Origin: an uncultured delta proteobacterium
GTDB taxonomy: Bacteria > Myxococcota > Myxococcia > Myxococcales > Myxococcaceae
Direction of reading: 5' to 3'
Assembly: GCA_963796055.1 (NCBI GenBank)
Contig: CAWCKH010000004.1
Span: 2,080,001-2,144,000, forward strand
Length of the DNA: 64,000 bases
Shown: in pieces, positions 57,992 to 64,000 of the stretch
How the letters are laid out: every line of letters starts with the position of its first letter
Position numbering within the stretch: the stretch's first letter is position 1
Program-made: the position numbers and the translations under genes
The notes under the pieces: generated by a model
What the model was told of the DNA's origin: nothing
What the model saw: the letters and a program-made list of their open reading frames with translations, nothing else
Databases searched by the model: none

Positions 57992-59440
57992 TCACTCCTC
58001 CGGCGACTGGACCAGCAGCTTCTCCTTGCCGCACACCGCGCAGCGGAGGTGGATGAAGAGGTCCCCCTCGCTGTCCTCGGGCACGGTGCCGGCCGGCACG
58101 CCGAGCTCGGCTTGTGCCAGCTCCGGAACCCGCTTCGGCACCTCCGCCGCGGGGAAGGACTGCAGGGTGAGCATCTCCCGGTCGTGGCACTCCCGGAACT
58201 CGGGGCCGTGGAGCCAGGCCGGCTCGGTGCCCGCCGGCAGCCGGGACAGCTGTTCCAGGTGCGTCACCGACTCCGCCAGATATGCGAGCCGGCGCAGTCG
58301 CGCCTCCTCCGGCAGGCCTGCGTAGGCAGAGAACGCATCGCCGAGCGCCTGTCGGTCGTCCCCCACCGCCATCGCGAGCAAATCCAGGGCCGACTCGTGC
58401 GACTCCACCGCCTCGTCCCAGTTGTTCTCCGGGTTGAACCCTGCCTCGAGCAGCGCCTCGAAGAGCTGCGATGCCGCGAGGCGCCGCCGCACCTCGCCCA
58501 GGGCCTCCTCGGCGTTGTGCGCCAGCCGCAGCTCCCACATCGCCCCGGCCACGCGGGGGTCCACCGCGCCGGTGAGGTCGTCCACCTCGAGCTCGGCGCG
58601 GAGCAGCTCCCGGAGCGCATTGGCCGCCGAGAAGCGGAACGCGGGCTCGACGCCCACCTCCCGGAGGTACATCACCGCGTACGGCGCTTCCTTGGAGCCG
58701 AGGCGGAGCGCGCTCTGCGCCCGCTTCACCGCGTCCGGGTCGGTCACGGGTCGGCTGCCCTCGAGCCGCTGCTTCACCGCCTCGCGGAGGAGCGACTCGA
58801 GCCCGGCGCCCGGGGGGAGTCGTGTGGGCAACGGCGGACGCAGGTTCGGCGCGTCCAGCACCCAGGGCGGGATCGTGCCCAGCCGCTTGAGGCCGCGGTA
58901 GAGCAGCGTCCCCGGGGGATCCTGTGGCTGGAACGGGGGCGGCTCGTCGATGCCCGTCCCGGCCAGCGCGGCCACGTTGGCCTGGCGCTGCTCCCGGGTG
59001 AAGGAGGTCGCCCCGTGGACCGGAGGCGGGGGAGGCGGCGGGGCCTCCTCTCCGTCCAGCCCGTGCACCCGGTCCATGTCCACGTCGTCCAGCTCCAGTG
59101 AGTCCAGCCCCTGTGCACCCGAGAAGTCGCAGCGGAGGAGCTTCAACCGCTCGAAGGTGGCCCCGTCCAGGTTGGCCCCGCGGAAGTCGCAGTCTTGCAG
59201 GCGCCCCCCGTGAAAGTAGGCGTTCGACAGGTCGGTGTCCCGGAAGCTGACCTTGGAGAGGTCGCAGCGGTCCCACTCGCTCCCCACGAGGGTCAGCCCG
59301 GAAAGGTCGGTGTTGGCGGAGAACAGGTTCTCGAAGGTGGCCCCGGTATGGTCGGTGGACACCGTCCCCGCCTTCCGCTGCCTGTTCCACTCTGTGGAGC
59401 CGTTCTTGAGCAGCTCCTCGATTTTCAGGGTCTTCGGCAT
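57992..59440 (-). CDS. Pentapeptide-repeat protein with a helical middle region and C-terminal CxxC
   Basis: About 15 pentapeptide units (TDLSG, CDLSK, TDLSN, CDFRG, ANLDG), poly-Pro linker, terminal CAVCG. Confidence 0.8.
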   Translation of the reverse strand: MPKTLKIEELLKNGSTEWNRQRKAGTVSTDHTGATFENLFSANTDLSGLTLVGSEWDRCDLSKVSFRDTDLSNAYFHGGRLQDCDFRGANLDGATFERLKLLRCDFSGAQGLDSLELDDVDMDRVHGLDGEEAPPPPPPPVHGATSFTREQRQANVAALAGTGIDEPPPFQPQDPPGTLLYRGLKRLGTIPPWVLDAPNLRPPLPTRLPPGAGLESLLREAVKQRLEGSRPVTDPDAVKRAQSALRLGSKEAPYAVMYLREVGVEPAFRFSAANALRELLRAELEVDDLTGAVDPRVAGAMWELRLAHNAEEALGEVRRRLAASQLFEALLEAGFNPENNWDEAVESHESALDLLAMAVGDDRQALGDAFSAYAGLPEEARLRRLAYLAESVTHLEQLSRLPAGTEPAWLHGPEFRECHDREMLTLQSFPAAEVPKRVPELAQAELGVPAGTVPEDSEGDLFIHLRCAVCGKEKLLVQSPEE

Positions 59441-59489
59441 AAATGGACCCCCAGTCTATCGGTGTGCTTCCATCCGCCGCCCGAGGAAA

Positions 59490-60444
59490 ATGCTCGAGTT
59501 TCGCATCGACAGCGACCACGCGGGGGTGCGGCTCGACAAGGTGCTCCGCCAGCGCCTGCCGCGGGTCCCCGCCAGCCACCTCCAGAAGATGATCCGCACC
59601 AAGAAGGTGCGGGTGAACGGACGGCGGGCCCGCCCCGAGCAACCCCTCGCCGAGGGGGACGTGCTCACCATCCGGGGAGACGAGCGAGCGCTTCTCGGCG
59701 AGACCCCGGTCCCCGCCCGCGCCCCGGCGCCCGAGGAGGTCGCGCGGCTCCGCATCCTCCACGAGGACGGCTGGATGATGGCCGTGGACAAGCCGTCCGG
59801 CCTGGCGGTGCACCCGGGCAGCGGCATCCGTGGTGGCACCCTGGTGGACCTGGTCCGCGCCCACCTCGGGCCGAGGGCGGAGCGCAACGGCTTCTCGGCC
59901 AGCCCGGGGCACCGGCTGGACCGCGAGACCTCCGGGGTCATCGTGGTCGCCAAGCGACGCCCGGCGATGGTGCACTTCACCGAGGTCTTCACCCACGGCG
60001 GCGCCCGGAAGCAGTACCTGACCCTGGCCAAGGGGACCTTTTCCAGGGCCGAGGGACGCATCGACCTGCCGCTCTCCGAGCACCAGCAGTCCGCCGAGTC
60101 GAAGGCGCGCCGGGGGGTGAACATGCAGGAGGCGGCGACCCGGTACCGGGTGCTGCGCCAGGGCGGCGAGGCAGCGCTCCTGGAGGTGACGCTCGAGACC
60201 GGGCGGACCCATCAGAATCCGCCGGCACCTCGCCGCCATCGGTCATCCGGTGGCCGGCGATCGAAAGTACGGGGACTTCGCCTTCAACCGGGACGCGCGG
60301 GCCCGCTGGGGGCTGAAGCGGCTGTTCCTCCACGCCGAGCGGCTCGAGCTCCCGCACCCCGAGACCGGAGCCCGGATCCGCCTCGAGTCCCCGCTGCCGG
60401 AGGAGCTCGTGGAGGTGCTCCACTGCGCGGGCATCCGGAGGTGA
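59490..60444 (+). CDS. rluC: RluA-family pseudouridine synthase with S4 domain; apparent +1 frameshift near 60216
   Basis: RLDK, KPSGLAVH, HRLDRETSG; removing one A restores TGRTHQIRRHL..GHPVAGD.KYG...RLFLHA. Confidence 0.8.
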
Positions 60445-60471
60445 CGGACTGGGAACGGCGCTGCGCGGAGG

Positions 60472-61431
60472 TCATCCTCGGCGGTCCCGACCGCCGCGAC
60501 CTTCTCGAGAATCCCTAGAGGCCCCGCTCCGGCGGGTGGACGAGGGTCGCGCGCGGGACGGGGGCTCGCTCCGGGCGATGCCCAGGATCCATTCACGGAA
60601 CGCGACCAGGGCCGGGTGGTTCTCCGAGCGCGGCGGGTACACCAGGTAGTGGGAGGCCTCGGCGGCGAGGCGGTGGGTGGTGAGGGCGACCAACCTTCCC
60701 GTGTCGATCAGCGGCCGGACCATGGTCAACCGTCCCATCGCCACGCCCAGGCCCTCGATGGCCGCACGGTGGAGGGACTCGGTGTCGTGGAACCGGGCCG
60801 CGTAGCGCGAGGGAGCGGTCCCGCCGAAGTGCGCGAACCACTCGTGCCAGCGCTCACCAGAGTCCCCGAGCATCGGAACGCCGGTGAAGTCCCCCTGCTT
60901 CGCCCGGGGAAAGCGGCGGAGAAGCCCCGGGCTGCAGACCGGGAGAACCCACTCTCCGAACAGCAGATGTGCCTTGAGCCCGGACCAGCCGCCGGTTCCG
61001 AAGCGCAGCGCGGCGTCGACGTCCTGGCGATCGAAGTCCACCAGGTCGGTGGTGGACTCGAGGTTCAGCTCCACCTCGGGATGGCGGGCGGTGAACGCCG
61101 GGAGGCGGGGGATGAGCCAGCTCGAGGCCACCGAGGGCATCACGCTCAGGGTCAACGCGTTCGGGCTCCGGGGCGGCTCGGGGACCAGCGCCGCGGAGAG
61201 CGCGTCCAGGTGAGGAGCGACCTGTGCCAGGAGCCGCTCGCCAGCCTCGGTCAAACGGAGTCCCCGCGGGCCACGGTCGAAGAGGCGCTGTCCGAGCAGC
61301 TGCTCGAGCCCCCTGACTTGATGGCTGAGCGCGCTGACCGTGAGGTGCATCGAGGCCGCGGCCCGGGAGAGGTTCCGGAGGCGGGCGGCCGCCACGAAGC
61401 CCGGCAGCAGATTCAGGGGGACCTTGTTCAC
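60472..61431 (-). CDS. LysR-family regulator (GcvA-like)
   Basis: HTH LSRAA..MHLTVSALSHQ, WLIPRLPAF, DAALRFG.G.W, YLVYP. Confidence 0.92.
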   Translation of the reverse strand: MNKVPLNLLPGFVAAARLRNLSRAAASMHLTVSALSHQVRGLEQLLGQRLFDRGPRGLRLTEAGERLLAQVAPHLDALSAALVPEPPRSPNALTLSVMPSVASSWLIPRLPAFTARHPEVELNLESTTDLVDFDRQDVDAALRFGTGGWSGLKAHLLFGEWVLPVCSPGLLRRFPRAKQGDFTGVPMLGDSGERWHEWFAHFGGTAPSRYAARFHDTESLHRAAIEGLGVAMGRLTMVRPLIDTGRLVALTTHRLAAEASHYLVYPPRSENHPALVAFREWILGIARSEPPSRARPSSTRRSGASRDSREGRGGRDRRG

Positions 61432-61442
61432 CTTGAGCCCAG

Positions 61443-61459
61443 TTCAACGCGGGATTGAA
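61443..61459. promoter_or_regulatory. Putative LysR binding site
   Basis: Perfect dyad TTCAA-N7-TTGAA in the AT-richer divergent intergenic region, 12 nt upstream of the LysR start. Confidence 0.55.
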
Positions 61460-61529
61460 AAACTATCGCATTGGCCCCTCTACCGCAGCCCATTAAGGCT
61501 ACGACCTAACTCAAGATGGAAGGCCAGCG

Positions 61530-61730
61530 ATGAGCATCTGGACCGAGCTTCTCTTCCTCCATGGACATGTCACCCGTATCTCCGCGGTGGACACCCCGGC
61601 CGGGCACCGCGCGCAGACCGACCCCGCCGAGGCCGCCGACCGGCTCCGGGAGCTGATCGGCTGCCCGGCCCGCTCCCAGCGCAGGAAGGAGCCGCCGGGA
61701 CCGATCCTCGGGGTGCGCGGGCTGGCTTGA
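61530..61730 (+). CDS. Small hypothetical protein divergent from LysR
   Basis: GGAAGG RBS; 66 aa beginning MSIWTELLFLHGHV. Confidence 0.6.
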   Translation: MSIWTELLFLHGHVTRISAVDTPAGHRAQTDPAEAADRLRELIGCPARSQRRKEPPGPILGVRGLA

Positions 61731-61733
61731 GGC

Positions 61734-63614
61734 CTAGACCGGGCGCCTTCTGCGGACGAATGCCAGGAGTCCGAGCAGCGCGAGCCATGGGCTCGGAGCG
61801 CCGATGGCACTGGTGCAGCCACCGCCTCCGCCCTGGAGGCTCACGGTCAGTTTCGCCTGGTCGTTCGCGGCGTTGAAGTTCGACACCGAGGCGACCGTCG
61901 CGGTGCTGGTGCCGCTGCCCGAGCTGGCACCCTTCACCTTGGTGGTGATGGTCTTCGTCGCGCCGACGGCGAGATCGCCCAGTGCGCAGGGGAAGGCCGT
62001 GGTGCAGTCCCCGGAATTGGAGACGAAGCTCAGCCCGGAAAGTGCGTTGCTCACCGTCACCGCGGGGGCGACGTACGGTCCGGGGTTGGTCACGGTGAAG
62101 GTGAAGGTGCCCTCCTGGCCCGACTGGAGCGAGGAGGGCCCCCGGCCGGTGATCGCCAGGTCGACCGGAAACCACCCGATGTCGCGCATCAGCGGGAGTG
62201 TCAGGTCCAGGCTGTGGGTGAGGTCCGGGGAGATGAACGGCTCCATCAGGAGATTGGGGAACGCCGAGGTGTCCCAGTGCGAGATCGATGATCCTGGCGA
62301 CAGCGTACCGGGGGCGTAGAGCAGCGGGCGCGCCGCGCTGTCCGCTCCCTGATAGCCCTGGCTCGAATCCCGGACGATGGACGCGTTCACCGACCCGGCA
62401 TGGACGGCGTCCCTCAGCGCCTGCCCGTCGGTCTGGGTCATCATCAGGACGGGGATGGTGACGTCAGGGGCCGTCCCGGAGGGAATGGTCAGCGGCGGAT
62501 TGGTGGTGTTGTTGGCGATGAGCAGGCCGATCGCTCCGGCATCCTGGGCGTTCCGAGCCTTCTCCACGAAGGTGCAGCCCGCGTCCGCCATGGGCCCACC
62601 GCGGTCGAGGATGGCGATCTTCCCGTCCAGCGGGTCCAGCTTTCCCTGGGCGGTGCAACCCCAGCCCGTCGAGCCCACTCCCAGGTGCCCCGAGAGCGCG
62701 TCGGTGCCGATCTGCCCGCTGAACTGGGCCACGCTGACCTGCGTGTAGTCCTTCACCACCGAAGGGGTGTTGGGGGCCTCCGTCACCCGGACGAGCGGAG
62801 GGAAGGCGAGGGTGCTCGGCACCGCCGCCTTCACCGAGGGACCATCCCACGCCAGCCCGCCGCTCACCGCCGACGCCTTGCGACCCGAAGCGGACAGATC
62901 CGCCCAGTGGGAGCCCGTCTCTTCGTCGTAGAGGAAGTACGCCCAGATGTCCGGCTCGTTCATCGGGGGTAACTCGCCGGTGCTGCTGTCGCTGAGGCTC
63001 AGGTACCCGAGCCCATGGCCGAACTCGTGCAGCACCACCGTGAGCAGGTCGATGGAGTTTCCGTGCTGGTCATCCAGCCCGTAGTACCAGGTGAGCCCGC
63101 CGCAGTTCGTGGTCTCGGGGCTGTCGAGCGACGAGTTGAAGCGAGCGACGATGTCGAAGTTGACCGGATCGGTCCCCGCGCCGGAGAGCAGCTGCTGCGC
63201 GGCGAAGCGCTGGGTCTCGGCCGAGACGTACCAGGTCTTCTGCCGGGGGAAGACGCTCGGTGCCACGCCACCGTCGAGCGAGGGGTCATCGCTGGAGAAG
63301 ATGTTGGTGGGCCCGGCGCGACCGAGCACCGCGCCGCTGCTGTCACAGGTCAGCGGCTCGAAGTGGGCGAGCACGGAGATGGGAATCGGGCTGTCCAGCA
63401 CCTCGCCCCACATCGCCGCCGCCTTCTGGAACACCGCCAGCCGCTGGGCGCCTCGCGTGGTGCCCGGGTTGCCTCCCACCGGGTCCACGCGGGTGGGGTC
63501 GTTGAAGCCAGTGTTCGGCCCGTCGCCATTCACGACGACCAGGGTCGCCTTGCCGGACGCGGCCGGCGCCACGAGCAGCAGCACCGCGGGGAGGAGGCCA
63601 CCCAGCCTCTTCAC
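61734..63614 (-). CDS. PA-domain zinc metallopeptidase with DUF11-like domain and MYXO-CTERM anchor
   Basis: Signal peptide, HEFGHGLG, PA motif LDRG..CTFVEKARNAQDAGA, SISHWD, tail GGGGGC..PWLALLGLLAFVRRRR. Confidence 0.88.
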   Translation of the reverse strand: MKRLGGLLPAVLLLVAPAASGKATLVVVNGDGPNTGFNDPTRVDPVGGNPGTTRGAQRLAVFQKAAAMWGEVLDSPIPISVLAHFEPLTCDSSGAVLGRAGPTNIFSSDDPSLDGGVAPSVFPRQKTWYVSAETQRFAAQQLLSGAGTDPVNFDIVARFNSSLDSPETTNCGGLTWYYGLDDQHGNSIDLLTVVLHEFGHGLGYLSLSDSSTGELPPMNEPDIWAYFLYDEETGSHWADLSASGRKASAVSGGLAWDGPSVKAAVPSTLAFPPLVRVTEAPNTPSVVKDYTQVSVAQFSGQIGTDALSGHLGVGSTGWGCTAQGKLDPLDGKIAILDRGGPMADAGCTFVEKARNAQDAGAIGLLIANNTTNPPLTIPSGTAPDVTIPVLMMTQTDGQALRDAVHAGSVNASIVRDSSQGYQGADSAARPLLYAPGTLSPGSSISHWDTSAFPNLLMEPFISPDLTHSLDLTLPLMRDIGWFPVDLAITGRGPSSLQSGQEGTFTFTVTNPGPYVAPAVTVSNALSGLSFVSNSGDCTTAFPCALGDLAVGATKTITTKVKGASSGSGTSTATVASVSNFNAANDQAKLTVSLQGGGGGCTSAIGAPSPWLALLGLLAFVRRRRPV

Positions 63615-63958
63615 TGGCCAGCCCCGCTGCCGCCGGCAGCGAGGAACGACTCGGCGGCAGGAGCGCTGTCCACGCAGCTGATGGACGGCTTGCCGTCCGG
63701 ACCCATGCGTCCGACCAGCACGTGGCCGAAGCCGGAGGCGAGGCTCGCCCTCCGCATCCGCTCGCCGCTCGGCAGGGTGATGCTCTGCTGGCGCAGCTCG
63801 GACCAATCGGTGGCCACGCGGACCGCCTCCACGACCGACCTGGCCCCGGCGCTCGCCGCCGGCGCGGGGAGCTCGGGCCCAGCGTTGCAGGCAGTCAGCG
63901 CGCACAGCGCAAGGACCCACACGCCCGTCCAGCTGGCGCGCCACAGATGTCCGTTCAT
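63611..63958 (-). CDS. Small lipoprotein translationally coupled to the peptidase
   Basis: GGAGG RBS, lipobox LTAC, GTGA stop/start overlap at 63611-63614. Confidence 0.72.
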   Translation of the reverse strand: MNGHLWRASWTGVWVLALCALTACNAGPELPAPAASAGARSVVEAVRVATDWSELRQQSITLPSGERMRRASLASGFGHVLVGRMGPDGKPSISCVDSAPAAESFLAAGGSGAGQ

Positions 63959-64000
63959 GCGTCCTCCACAACCTCCCCTGCCCCGAGCCTAGGACACTCA

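Overview
A very GC-rich bacterial chromosomal segment, most likely Myxococcota (MYXO-CTERM sorting tail, myxobacterial-type beta-barrel, typical gene content). It holds about 60 densely packed CDS and is mostly housekeeping: lysA-dapA-dapB-folK, livKHMGF, etfBA, thyX, queG, pduO, mutM, mce, kdsD, an rluC-like synthase, Ku and SOD. I found no rRNA, tRNA, CRISPR array or intact transposase. Most unusual: (1) a probable ~906-aa protein (39231-41952, split by a 1-nt frameshift) joining a thiolase fold with rewired catalytic residues to a degenerate nucleotidyl-cyclase-like C-terminus; (2) a translationally coupled operon of Ddl-like ATP-grasp ligase, GNAT and exported transglutaminase-like protein, divergent from an HD triphosphohydrolase and a Nudix-MBL fusion; (3) a tandem-domain ThyX whose signature motif is split between the halves; (4) a decayed arsR-aquaporin remnant next to a REP-like repeat that recurs 36 kb away; (5) an 84-bp intergenic tandem repeat; (6) several small proteins (LptM-like lipoprotein, Zn-finger microprotein, LysR-divergent peptide, peptidase-coupled lipoprotein). 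Several single-base insertions in short homopolymers look like sequencing or assembly errors. All family assignments come from motif recognition by eye; no database searches were run.
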